A stretch of DNA of 64,000 nt from Candidatus Thalassarchaeaceae archaeon (GTDB lineage Archaea > Thermoplasmatota > Poseidoniia > Poseidoniales > Thalassarchaeaceae), in contig JASMLH010000006.1 of assembly GCA_030748775.1 (NCBI GenBank), forward strand, positions 3,074 through 67,073. Reading direction: 5' to 3'. Positions 10,173-19,353 of the stretch are shown in pieces. The position numbers and the translations under genes are program-made. Numbering within the stretch: the first letter of the stretch is position 1; every line of letters starts with the position of its first letter. Under the pieces are notes generated by a model, which was not told the DNA's origin, did not search any database, and saw only the letters and a list, made by a program, of their open reading frames with translations.

Positions 10173-11356
10173 TTGCTCATCGAAGAAAGAGTCTCTACGC
10201 ATCGGCCAGCAATTGCCTCTCCCACTTCACTGGTGGAGGCGTTGCCCCCGAGATCATAGGTTACCTTACCTCCAGATGAAAGGTGGGACGAAATAGCCCC
10301 CTCTAGAACCTCAGCGCATAGAATTGCGTCATTATCATCATGACGCGCACCGAGTGTCTCGAACATCAGTTGTATCGAGGAGATTGCCGCAATTGGATTG
10401 ACCATGTTTTTTCCGGCATACTTTGGGGATGAGCCATGAACAGGTTCGAAGAGCATGTGATTGTCTCCAATGTTGGCACTGGCGGCCATTCCCATTCCAC
10501 CCTGAAGAACCGAGGCGAGATCTGTGGCTATGTCCCCAAACATGTTCGGCAGGACCACGATGTCTAGGTCCTCTGGATTCCTAACCAGCCACATTGAAAA
10601 CGCATCGATATACGCCTCATTTGTCTCAATTTCTGGATTGTCGGCAGAAACCTCCCTGAACACCTTCCGAAATAGCCGGCATCCTCTGGTCACATTGCTC
10701 TTGTCTACGCAAGTAACCTTCTGAGGTGATTTCTGACGCATTGATCGCCTCTTGGCCAAATCAAATGCGAACCTGATGACTCTTTCACTACCCATTCTGG
10801 AGATTGGCCTTGCATCCCATTCCACCTGACCTTCTAAGCCTGGGAATTTTTCAATTACGATCGGTGAGTCCTTCTCCCCTCCCTGCGCGGACATAGCAGA
10901 CCTGCGAAGTAGAGAATGATAGAGCCCTTCTGTATTCTCTCTGATCAGCACCATATCCACAAGACTGTGGTCCCAGACATCGCTGAAGTTGCCATGTACC
11001 TTGTGGTTCACCCCCTGGTAAAGCTTCACAGGCCTAACGTTTGCGTACAGATCCAAAGCGGACCTGAGGCCCAACAGAACCTGTCCACCTGCCACGTCGC
11101 CATTTGGTAGAGAAGCCCCGGGCCAGCCCACTGCACCTACGACGATTGCATCGGAATTGTCCCTGCAGTGTTCGAAAGAACCCGATGGCCATTCTTCTCC
11201 AGTTTCTAAGTAGTGTTGCCCCCCGCAAGGTATCTCCGTGGTTTCGAAAGAAATGGGGCCGAACTCCTCAAAGGCGGAAATGACCTTCTTTGCCTGATCT
11301 ATAACCTCTGGGCCTGTTCCATCTCCCGGCAAGAGGGTCAAACGGTAGGCCGCCAT
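10169..11356 (-). CDS. Isocitrate/isopropylmalate (beta-decarboxylating) dehydrogenase family protein
   Basis: LPGDGTGPEV, LYANVRP, RENTEGLY, DKSNV, NMFGDIATDL, EPVHGSSP; substrate not determinable. Confidence 0.88.
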   Translation of the reverse strand: MAAYRLTLLPGDGTGPEVIDQAKKVISAFEEFGPISFETTEIPCGGQHYLETGEEWPSGSFEHCRDNSDAIVVGAVGWPGASLPNGDVAGGQVLLGLRSALDLYANVRPVKLYQGVNHKVHGNFSDVWDHSLVDMVLIRENTEGLYHSLLRRSAMSAQGGEKDSPIVIEKFPGLEGQVEWDARPISRMGSERVIRFAFDLAKRRSMRQKSPQKVTCVDKSNVTRGCRLFRKVFREVSADNPEIETNEAYIDAFSMWLVRNPEDLDIVVLPNMFGDIATDLASVLQGGMGMAASANIGDNHMLFEPVHGSSPKYAGKNMVNPIAAISSIQLMFETLGARHDDNDAILCAEVLEGAISSHLSSGGKVTYDLGGNASTSEVGEAIAGRCVETLSSMSN

Positions 11357-11455
11357 GAATGCTGGCACCTGCTTTTCATTCATCAATCCAACCCCGAGGA
11401 AATCAGAGTGAGTATAGGAGATAATTCATAGACGGTCGGTGTCACAACACCGCCG

Positions 11456-12064
11456 ATGGGCAGTAGGTCAGAAGATGGGAACGAAGGGTCCAAGATTGAC
11501 GTGAGAACCCTACCTGAATCGGTTGCCCTCCTTTGGGAAGCAATGCTCCGGCAGAATCCAAACTGGGATTTGTCAGAATGGCTAAACGAAAGGGCATCCG
11601 AAGAGCTAGGGTTGCTGGAATTGCATCTGGGAAGGGAGCGGCTTAGGCACGAGCAGAAATTGCATAGAATTGAGAACCTGGTAAAGCAACTGAAGAGAAA
11701 ACGAGAGACTGCTCAGGGAACTACATGGATGGACCCGCACCAGAGGAATTTATTCGATGTTTATGGGGCCAAAGAGGGTGGTGAAACTGAGCATTCTGAG
11801 CAAATCGATGAAATCGTTCCACTAGTTGATCTAGGCTCCCTGGGTTCTGATGATGATCCCATTCTATCGATTGTCGCAGAGCATATCATTAGTACCATCG
11901 AAGAGGTTGATCCTGCTAGGAATGGGGTGCATTTTGAGACTATCAGCAAGGCACTAGGTACCATTGGAATCAGGACTGACGAGGTGGACGAGGCCCTCTC
12001 TTGGCTATTGCAGAGAAGCATTGTATTCGAGATGGACCAAGATGTCTTCGTGATTGACGGCTGA
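11456..12064 (+). CDS. Hypothetical protein, putative DNA-binding (RHH-like N-terminus, coiled coil, C-terminal winged helix)
   Basis: IDVRTLPESVALLW..DLSEWLNE; helical RERLRHEQKLHRIENLVKQL; C-terminal GVHFETI..DEVDEALSWLLQRSIVFE..VF; fold calls by eye. Confidence 0.55.
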   Translation: MGSRSEDGNEGSKIDVRTLPESVALLWEAMLRQNPNWDLSEWLNERASEELGLLELHLGRERLRHEQKLHRIENLVKQLKRKRETAQGTTWMDPHQRNLFDVYGAKEGGETEHSEQIDEIVPLVDLGSLGSDDDPILSIVAEHIISTIEEVDPARNGVHFETISKALGTIGIRTDEVDEALSWLLQRSIVFEMDQDVFVIDG

Positions 12065-14101
12065 ATGAATTGGTTCGACCCAATAGTATCCTTCAAAGAA
12101 GATGAGCTGTTGGCTCGGCCAGACATGTCGAGCGAAACTTCTGGTTGGTATGCAAGGCTGGATCACGCATGCCCCGAAAGGGATTCTCAGATTCAGATAT
12201 GGCTTGATTCCTGGATGGATGCCACGCTGAACGGTCAGCCAGTCGCAGCTGCCCTTCCTGTTGGATGGCCCACCCTTCCAGCAGGCCTTGTAAGTAACCC
12301 GGGTGGGGTACTAGATCACCTACTTGCCAGACATGAGGCCGAGAGTGATGGTAGATCCCCACGAGGAGTTTATGCAACTCCTGCAAAGTTCGTCGATGGA
12401 ATCCTTTACGATGAGTTGCAAAAGGGAAGAAGCCAGAGAAAGGAGCCTCCAGCGACTCTCTCTCTAGCAGCACTTCCCCCTAGTTTCAGGTCGTTCGCAA
12501 GGCAGGTGAACGAAGACATTCGGGGACCTCCCTCAATTGAAAACAGTTGCTCAGGTGGCTTGGAGGGAAGCACCGAGTCCGGAATTCCTCTGCCGTTTTC
12601 GGACCCGTGTGTAGGAGCAGGGCTATTTGCCGAGAGGGTCCTTCGAATTCACGCCGAAAGAACGATGTCTATGAACCCTGAAAAAAGGAAGGAAGACACT
12701 CTCAGGCTCCTAGAAGGACTTCAGTTGATTGACTCTTCTGAAATCGCCGTGGAGAGTGCCAGAAAGAGGCTACTAATTGTCTTGGCAAGATTGGGTTTGG
12801 TAGATCTTAGGGGAGAGGGGAGCATAGGAGAGATCGGCAAAGACGAAGCCATGCTGATTCTTGAGGGCAATGTCCGCTGCGGCGATCCACTACGCGGTGA
12901 GTGGCCTTGGAACGAAAGGCCAAAACTAGTTGTTTCGAGGCCTCCTTGGCTCCGAATAAAGGACAGGTTCAGAGGACATCCCGATGGGAGTAGGATGAGG
13001 AAGGATCTATCCAGGGAGCTACGCGAGTTCAAAGATTCGAACGGAAAGCCAAGATTCTCCGCGATAAAGGGCAATGTCAATCTGTACAGACTTTTCATTG
13101 AGAGGAGTCTACAACTCTGTGAAAATGGGGGAAGGGTCAGGCTGATTGTCCCAGACTCCGTACTCAGGGAAAAGAGCAGTTCACCTCTGAGGAGGATAAT
13201 GGTCCAGGAGAACGATTGGGAGAGTGTCTGGTCCTTCCCGGATGACAATCAACTTCTATTCGGAGGCTCGCAAGGGGTTGCAGTACTGGCAATTACAGCC
13301 GGTGGAAGCACTGAGGTTCTAACGAGTTTTGGACCACTAACGACTGCAGACATCGTCCCAGGCAAGGGCCTAGACTCATCTTCCCCCTTCCTTGAACTAG
13401 AGAGGGGGCCGTGGTCGATGTGGACAGACACTAAATGGGCGGTTCCAAAAATGCCAAGGAATTCTATGGAGCGCGAGAGCACTCTAAGAGCGATTGGTTC
13501 ATTGGCGGACAAGCCCAGATTGGTTGAGGAGGGCACTTGGCTGAACCCCGGTGGTAAGCGAATAAAAGTCAGAGTTGGTGAGATTGACAGAGGATCCTGG
13601 TCCAGCAGCATCAAAGACTGGGATCCAGAAGTTCCTGGGATTCCTTTCATTCGTGGGACACACATAGATTTGGTAGATGGAGAGGTTTGCCTTGTGCACC
13701 CGGCCATCAACCCCGATGCTTCTAATGATGTCCATAACAAACTGGCGAAGTGGGAGGGTCCAGGAGAAATGCAGTCCGGACATCGAATTGCATGCCAGGC
13801 GATTGTAAATCCTCAAATTGAGCGTAGGCTTCTATGGACGGTGATTCCCCCAGGTTGTGTAATCGGGAACTCCGTCAGCTTCCTGGATCTCCCTCCCCAT
13901 GTAGTTAAAGGTCTGAAAGAGAGATTCGGGAACATCGGCAAGGGGATGGAAGTTCTGGCTAAACAACTCAATTCTGAAGAATTGGACTTGTGGTCTAAGG
14001 CTTGGGCTGCGAACAACAACGTGAACAACTACGAGATAGAGACTCTGCCATTCGAAGACTTGGAGGCGGCCCGCTCAGATTCGTATATCGGAAATCAATG
14101 A
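12065..14101 (+). CDS. N6-adenine DNA methyltransferase-like protein (gamma class, TaqI/Eco57I/Alw26I-like) with non-canonical motif IV
   Basis: GVYATP, DPCVGAGLF (SAM motif I), VVSRPPW (motif IV position), NLYRLFIERSL, LIVPDSVL, C-terminal TRD-like LNS..NNNVNNYEIETLP. Confidence 0.8.
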   Translation: MNWFDPIVSFKEDELLARPDMSSETSGWYARLDHACPERDSQIQIWLDSWMDATLNGQPVAAALPVGWPTLPAGLVSNPGGVLDHLLARHEAESDGRSPRGVYATPAKFVDGILYDELQKGRSQRKEPPATLSLAALPPSFRSFARQVNEDIRGPPSIENSCSGGLEGSTESGIPLPFSDPCVGAGLFAERVLRIHAERTMSMNPEKRKEDTLRLLEGLQLIDSSEIAVESARKRLLIVLARLGLVDLRGEGSIGEIGKDEAMLILEGNVRCGDPLRGEWPWNERPKLVVSRPPWLRIKDRFRGHPDGSRMRKDLSRELREFKDSNGKPRFSAIKGNVNLYRLFIERSLQLCENGGRVRLIVPDSVLREKSSSPLRRIMVQENDWESVWSFPDDNQLLFGGSQGVAVLAITAGGSTEVLTSFGPLTTADIVPGKGLDSSSPFLELERGPWSMWTDTKWAVPKMPRNSMERESTLRAIGSLADKPRLVEEGTWLNPGGKRIKVRVGEIDRGSWSSSIKDWDPEVPGIPFIRGTHIDLVDGEVCLVHPAINPDASNDVHNKLAKWEGPGEMQSGHRIACQAIVNPQIERRLLWTVIPPGCVIGNSVSFLDLPPHVVKGLKERFGNIGKGMEVLAKQLNSEELDLWSKAWAANNNVNNYEIETLPFEDLEAARSDSYIGNQ

Positions 14102-14233
14102 CTTTGTTGAAACAGACATCAGGATTCCGATTCCCACAATCCGGAAAATCGATCGAGCAGGGAGAATGGATTAATATCCTTGCTACGCGTACGCTGGACG
14201 TTCCAGTCCCCGGAGCGCTAGTAGGAGAACATA

Positions 14234-14812
14234 ATGGGCATTAATCCCAAGATTGGAATAACCGGTCTTCCTCGATCTGGGAAGTCTGCGGTGCTTCAGA
14301 AAGTAATGGACATGATCAGTGAAGAGGGTGGTGGATCCATCCGGACCCGAGGGCCTTCCCCCCCAGAACACATCATAGGAGGAATGAGGTGTGAGGCAGT
14401 CATCGAGGATGGTGAACGAGTGGGTTATGCTTGTGTGAACATCATCACTGGGGAGAAGGGGGTCATGGCTCATAGGAATATTGACTCCAGAAACAGGGTT
14501 CTTGGTTTTGGGATTGACCCGAGTGAGATCGACCGGGTGGGCGTGCCGGCAATAATGGATAGTATTGGGAACTGTGAAATCCTGGTAATCGACGAGGTTG
14601 GGAAGTTCACTGTAGAGAGTGAGGGTTTCGTTAATGCGGTGAGAGTTGCGCTACAGCACGATAAGCCAACGTTGCTAACACTTCACAAAAAAAGCAGACA
14701 TCCTCTGTTGCAGGACATTAGAAGGAGAGACGATGCTAGAATTCTGGAGGTTACCCCGGTTAACAGGTCCCTCCTGCCCTACAAGATTCACAAGCTAATT
14801 CAGGAGTTTTGA
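14234..14812 (+). CDS. NTPase (THEP1/NTPase_1 family)
   Basis: ITGLPRSGKS Walker A; LVIDEVGKF; LTLH. Confidence 0.88.
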   Translation: MGINPKIGITGLPRSGKSAVLQKVMDMISEEGGGSIRTRGPSPPEHIIGGMRCEAVIEDGERVGYACVNIITGEKGVMAHRNIDSRNRVLGFGIDPSEIDRVGVPAIMDSIGNCEILVIDEVGKFTVESEGFVNAVRVALQHDKPTLLTLHKKSRHPLLQDIRRRDDARILEVTPVNRSLLPYKIHKLIQEF

Positions 14813-14839
14813 GGCGATTTTCTCGGTCAAGTTGATTCG

Positions 14840-15217
14840 GTGTCCTCCAACCAAGATGGTGTGGATGCGCCCGCGGAACGTCTTTCGAGGATTGTAATCT
14901 CCTTGTCCATATCTCTATTCCTGATTTCATCCATTGCATACATGGATGATAGAATGGAGCTTACCGAGATTGGGCTGTGGACGGTTTTCGCTGGATTGGC
15001 AGTTCTATGTTCAGTTTTCGCACTGCTATTGACTTTCTCTACTGGAAGACCCCATGGCTCACTCCCAACGGATGATTGGATAAGTAGAGAGGACGAGGAA
15101 GTAATGAGAGAACGTCTCCAGAGAGAGATGGACGAGGCGGGAGTAGACCGTCTTGGCTCCAATTGGGCAAGAATGGAGATGAGGCATCTCGAGTCGAAGC
15201 ATAGTGAGGAGGAGTAA
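14840..15217 (+). CDS. Hypothetical 2-TM membrane protein
   Basis: Two hydrophobic segments plus acidic tail; fills the gap between NTPase and gcvH. Confidence 0.55.
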   Translation: MSSNQDGVDAPAERLSRIVISLSISLFLISSIAYMDDRMELTEIGLWTVFAGLAVLCSVFALLLTFSTGRPHGSLPTDDWISREDEEVMRERLQREMDEAGVDRLGSNWARMEMRHLESKHSEEE

Positions 15218-15267
15218 GGAGCGAAACCTTGACCCGCCCTAGTCATTACGTCGAAATAAGTGAGACC

Positions 15268-15654
15268 ATGGGAGAAGTGCCGAGCGACCTTAGATACACC
15301 GCAGAACATGAGTGGGTGAGAATTGATGGGGAAAATCTGGAAATAGGCATTACCGACTTTGCCCAGGACGCATTGACAGAGGTCGTCTGGGTGGAATGGG
15401 AAAAAGAGGAAGGAGAGTCAATTGATGCTATGGAATCTTTCGCTAGCATAGAATCTGTAAAATCAGTAAGTCAGATCTACTCTCCTGTATCAGGAGAGAT
15501 TGTTGGCTTCAACGATGAACTAATGGATAATCCAGCAAGCATTAACGAGGACCCCTATGGCGAGGGTTGGATCTGTAAAATAAAGGCTTCAGACATCTCT
15601 GACTTAGGTGGTTTGCTTGACGCAAGTGGCTATGCCGAATTGATCGGAGATTGA
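15268..15654 (+). CDS. gcvH: Glycine cleavage system H protein
   Basis: LRYTAEHEWV, GITDFAQDAL, lipoyl-Lys IESVKSVS..SPVSG, INEDPYGEGW. Confidence 0.95.
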   Translation: MGEVPSDLRYTAEHEWVRIDGENLEIGITDFAQDALTEVVWVEWEKEEGESIDAMESFASIESVKSVSQIYSPVSGEIVGFNDELMDNPASINEDPYGEGWICKIKASDISDLGGLLDASGYAELIGD

Positions 15655-15656
15655 AA

Positions 15657-16196
15657 ATGACCAATCTTCGAAGGGTAAACGTGTATGTTGACGGGTCCTG
15701 CTTCGAGAATCGAAACGTAACTTCCTCTACAAGGGCTGGATGGGGATTCTGCGTCGTAGAGGGAGACTTAGGTAGAGGTAACGGGAAGGGCCAAATCATC
15801 GAAGAAATGAGTGGGGAAGTGGTGACTTCCCCGATGTCAGACGGATTCCTAGGAGCCGAGGTGGGTTCTAACAACACTGCTGAGCTCTCTGGAATCGCCA
15901 ATGCGTTGAGGTGGCTGCTAAGTCAAGGAGACGTCGGGATTGCGACAATCAAGGCGGATTCGGAGTATGCTTTGAATATCGCATCGGGGTTGTGGAAGGC
16001 TAAGGCCAACAAAGAGCTTGCCAGCAAGACCAGAAATCTGTGGGAGGAGACATCTCAGATTCTCGATCTTCATGGGGAGCATGTCAAGGCACACAGAGGC
16101 CATCGATGGAACGAGCGAGCTGACCATCTGGCGTTCCGAGCAATGCGAGGCGAGGTTCCTTTACCATTGCAGTTCTGGAAGCCCGGAAACAGGTAG
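15657..16196 (+). CDS. rnhA: Ribonuclease HI
   Basis: YVDGSC, SNNTAEL, ADSEY, HVKAHRGHRWNERADHLA. Confidence 0.9.
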   Translation: MTNLRRVNVYVDGSCFENRNVTSSTRAGWGFCVVEGDLGRGNGKGQIIEEMSGEVVTSPMSDGFLGAEVGSNNTAELSGIANALRWLLSQGDVGIATIKADSEYALNIASGLWKAKANKELASKTRNLWEETSQILDLHGEHVKAHRGHRWNERADHLAFRAMRGEVPLPLQFWKPGNR

Positions 16197-16610
16197 TCAG
16201 TTCTCCTTTAGTGGACCTAGGCTTAGCAATACATACAAAGATTGCAAAATCATTAGCATCGCAACTAGGGAGATTAGAAGGCCCGTGGGGTCAGGAAGAT
16301 GTGGTTGAAGTTGGTTTCCAGCCACCCAAGAGCAGGCAAGAAGAAGGATGGCTGCTCCCAACTCTATCTTGGCGGCTCTTCTGGGTTCTTCCCAAAGATC
16401 GAGCCATGGAATCAAGCCACTCCTGCGGAATGTAGCCCGATACCAGGCGACATAGCCCATGGATGCGCCCACTAGGCCAATGATGCCTCTCGAGAAGCTC
16501 TTATCGTCCCAAGGCCCGGATGGTGCGAAGCCAATGAAAAGAGCATTCAGAATGAGTAATGAAGAGATTGCAGCCATTACCCGCCATTCTGGTTCTCCGT
16601 CTTGTGTCAT
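16197..16610 (-). CDS. Hypothetical 4-TM membrane protein
   Basis: ATG 16610 (MTQDGEPEW); four hydrophobic segments; the longer ORF-track extension overlaps the next gene. Confidence 0.6.
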   Translation of the reverse strand: MTQDGEPEWRVMAAISSLLILNALFIGFAPSGPWDDKSFSRGIIGLVGASMGYVAWYRATFRRSGLIPWLDLWEEPRRAAKIELGAAILLLACSWVAGNQLQPHLPDPTGLLISLVAMLMILQSLYVLLSLGPLKEN

Positions 16611-16689
16611 ACTCTTTCCAAGTGGCCCTAGTGCTTCAACACGCCGCAGAAATGATGAGTTGCGAGTTCTTGGAGAGAGCGGTGGAAGC

Positions 16690-17640
16690 GTGTACGCGAT
16701 AGGTTTCTCAGATGTTAAAGAGGCTGCAGAAAGGCTTGACGGCGTAGTGAAAAGAACCCCAGTGGTAAACTCCCCAAGGATTGACGAAATGGCCGGGAGA
16801 AGGGTGCTGATGAAGTGTGAGAATTTACAGCACGTCGGGGCTTTCAAATTCAGAGGGGCTAGCAATGCTTTGCAGCTTCTTGAAGACGCTTCCAACGGAG
16901 TCTGCACACACAGTAGTGGCAATCACGCACAAGCAGTGGCACTAGCGGCCAAGAACCATGGAGTTCCAGCATACATCGTAATGCCCAGCAATGCCCCCAA
17001 GGTCAAGGTAAGGGGGGTTGAGAGTCATGGCGCTGAGATAACCTTCTGCGAGCCGACCCTAGAGGCAAGGATGTCCACAGCAGACTCAGTGATGAAGAGA
17101 ACTGGTGCCTCTTTCATCCACCCTTTCGATAACGATCATGTGATTGCTGGTCAGGGAACAGCGGCATTGGAATTGCTACAGGATCACGGGCCATTGGATT
17201 CCGTAATGGCCCCCATTGGAGGTGGTGGCCTAATGTCTGGAACTTGCATTGCAACTAGAGATTCTGTACCTCATGCTAGGCTGTTCGGGGCCGAACCAAA
17301 GGGGGCAGACGATGCTGCTAGATCTCTTTCTTCCGGAGAGTTCGTACAACAGACTGCACCAGAGACGATTTGTGATGGGTTGCTAACTAGTATGGGGATC
17401 AAGACGTGGCCCATAATTCGTGATCATCTGGAAGGGATAGTTACGGTCAACGATAGCGAGGTTCTCGAGGCAATGACGCTTATTCACAATGAGTTTGAAA
17501 TGGTGGTTGAACCGAGCGGAGCGGTAACGCTTGCTGCCATCATGAAGGAGGAGTTTGTCCGATTGGAAGGAATAGGGAGCATAGGGATAATCCTTTCCGG
17601 GGGCAATGTCGACGTTGACAAGCTCCCGTTCGAAACATAG
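16690..17640 (+). CDS. PLP-dependent serine racemase / threonine-serine dehydratase family protein
   Basis: KCENLQHVGAFKFRGA, SSGNHAQA, IHPFD..IAGQGT, PIGGGGL, VEPSGA, ILSGGNVD; GTG start estimated. Confidence 0.88.
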   Translation: MYAIGFSDVKEAAERLDGVVKRTPVVNSPRIDEMAGRRVLMKCENLQHVGAFKFRGASNALQLLEDASNGVCTHSSGNHAQAVALAAKNHGVPAYIVMPSNAPKVKVRGVESHGAEITFCEPTLEARMSTADSVMKRTGASFIHPFDNDHVIAGQGTAALELLQDHGPLDSVMAPIGGGGLMSGTCIATRDSVPHARLFGAEPKGADDAARSLSSGEFVQQTAPETICDGLLTSMGIKTWPIIRDHLEGIVTVNDSEVLEAMTLIHNEFEMVVEPSGAVTLAAIMKEEFVRLEGIGSIGIILSGGNVDVDKLPFET

Positions 17641-17642
17641 AT

Positions 17643-17716
17643 TGGAGCACGAGCCGGGATTTGCACCCGGGTTCACGGATCTGCAGTCCGTTGCATAGCT
17701 ACTCTGCCACTCGTGC
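17643..17716 (-). tRNA. tRNA-Cys (GCA), CCA encoded
   Basis: Acceptor GCACGAG/CTCGTGC, anticodon arm ACGGA-CTGCAGA-TCCGT, T arm CCGGG-TGCAAAT-CCCGG, discriminator T, CCA. Confidence 0.93.
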
Positions 17717-17783
17717 TTGGATTATCCGAGCGTCTTCCCTCTCTTGAAGACTATCCGAGGCCCTGCATACCTTCATTGGGCGG

Positions 17784-18938
17784 ATGTGTCCTGTCAAACT
17801 CGTGCCAAGGGTGTCCTCTCGCTATGATGGCCTTGGTGTTGGCTTTGCTCCCTATCTGCAACCACCGGGTCCTGAGGTAGTCAGATGGACGGTCGGAGAG
17901 CCGGGTTTCGATACCCCAAGTGAGATTATCGATGCAGCGATTGGGGGTCTTGCACAGGGCGATACAAAATACACTCGCGGTCCCGGTTCCATAGAGCTAT
18001 GCGAGGCTGTAGCAGGGTATCTCGGACACCATCACGGAATCACCGCTTCCGCGGAGGACATTGTAGTTACACCGGGAGCGAAACAGGCTCTCCTCTACTC
18101 ATTTATGATCACAACAATGCCCGGAGATGAGGCAATCCTACTGGCTCCCTCGTGGGCATCATACGAGCCAATGCTAGAATTCATTGGAGCCGTGCCAGTT
18201 CATGTTCCAGTAAATATGGAAAATTTCCACCCAGATATGGATGCGATCAGGAATGCAATAACTGAAAGGACCAGGATGATTCTAATCAATTCTCCTTGCA
18301 ACCCCACAGGTGCAGTTTTCACTCCGGAAGAGATTGCTGAGATTGTACAAATTGCAGTAGAATTTGATCTCTGGATTGTCTCGGACGAGATCTATGCCAG
18401 AATGGTATGGGTGGACTGGCCTCATGTTTCTCCTGCGACTCTTCCTGCGGGAAAAGAGAGGACGATAGTGATCAATGGTTGGTCAAAGTCCTGGGCAATG
18501 ACTGGAATGAGAGTCGGCTTCCTAACGGGGCCTCCCGAAGCAGTAAGCGCTGCGATGAAAAGTCAAGCGAACTCGGCATCACACATCCCCACATTCATGA
18601 TGGAGGCAGCTAGGGTAGCACTCGGTTGCGAAGACTACGTTGAGTCATTCAATCAAGAATACCTGAAAAGAAGGAAAATTATGCAGAACGGACTATCTTC
18701 GATTCCAGGGATTCGGGTGCCCGAGCCAGAAGGAGCGTTCTACGTTTTTGCCGATATCACTGGAACGGGAATGACGGACATAGAGTTTGCAGATGGTGCT
18801 CTTGGTGCAGGTGTTCAGCTAATCCCAGCTTCCCTAATCACTGGTGGGGAGGGTTTTGTGAGGGTTTCCTACGCAGCAGATGAAGAGGCAATTCTCGAGG
18901 GTCTTCGTAGAATTAGGGCATGGCTTGTAGATGAGTGA
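17784..18938 (+). CDS. Class I/II PLP aminotransferase (aspartate aminotransferase-like)
   Basis: VGEPGFDTP, TPGAKQAL, INSPCNPTG, SDEIY, NGWSKSWAMTGMRVG, PEGAFY. Confidence 0.92.
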   Translation: MCPVKLVPRVSSRYDGLGVGFAPYLQPPGPEVVRWTVGEPGFDTPSEIIDAAIGGLAQGDTKYTRGPGSIELCEAVAGYLGHHHGITASAEDIVVTPGAKQALLYSFMITTMPGDEAILLAPSWASYEPMLEFIGAVPVHVPVNMENFHPDMDAIRNAITERTRMILINSPCNPTGAVFTPEEIAEIVQIAVEFDLWIVSDEIYARMVWVDWPHVSPATLPAGKERTIVINGWSKSWAMTGMRVGFLTGPPEAVSAAMKSQANSASHIPTFMMEAARVALGCEDYVESFNQEYLKRRKIMQNGLSSIPGIRVPEPEGAFYVFADITGTGMTDIEFADGALGAGVQLIPASLITGGEGFVRVSYAADEEAILEGLRRIRAWLVDE

Positions 18939-19353
18939 GTTTGAAAACTCCGATATGTACAGTCGAAGTATGGGTGCCGGTCCACCAACGGGAGCACACG
19001 TTCTAATTGACTACGTAGACTATGCTTCACCTTCAGATGATGAGGCTCTCTGGATCCTCGATTTGATGAGGAAGTGCGTTATTGACTGCGGAATAAGAGA
19101 GGTTCACTCACATGTTGAGGAATTCGATGGCAAGCAAAGTCCACCAGGCTTCGCAGCGGTGGTTCTGATAGACGAAAGTCATGTGACTGCTCACTGCTAC
19201 TCAGAAAGGGGGATTCTGGCTGTTGATGTATTCACATGTGGGACCCACGACCCGGATCTGCTAGCCGATTCTATTCACAATGCAATGTCCTCTGAAATCC
19301 CAGGACTAAGAATCGTTAGTAGGGAGAGAGTTGAGCGATTCAAGGGTGATTGA
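18931..19353 (+). CDS. speD: S-adenosylmethionine decarboxylase-family pyruvoyl proenzyme
   Basis: GAHVLID, VLIDE|SHVTAHCYSE self-cleavage site, VDVFTCG; substrate not proven. Confidence 0.85.
   Translation: MSEFENSDMYSRSMGAGPPTGAHVLIDYVDYASPSDDEALWILDLMRKCVIDCGIREVHSHVEEFDGKQSPPGFAAVVLIDESHVTAHCYSERGILAVDVFTCGTHDPDLLADSIHNAMSSEIPGLRIVSRERVERFKGD

Noticed and set aside
11456-14812. Complete restriction-modification or defence system
   Set aside because: No nuclease motif recognised; the downstream NTPase is an ordinary THEP1-family gene with its own apparent promoter.
16459-16922. Long overlapping N-termini of the dehydratase (+) and membrane protein (-)
   Set aside because: Artefact of longest-ORF calling; plausible starts at 16690 and 16610 remove the overlap.
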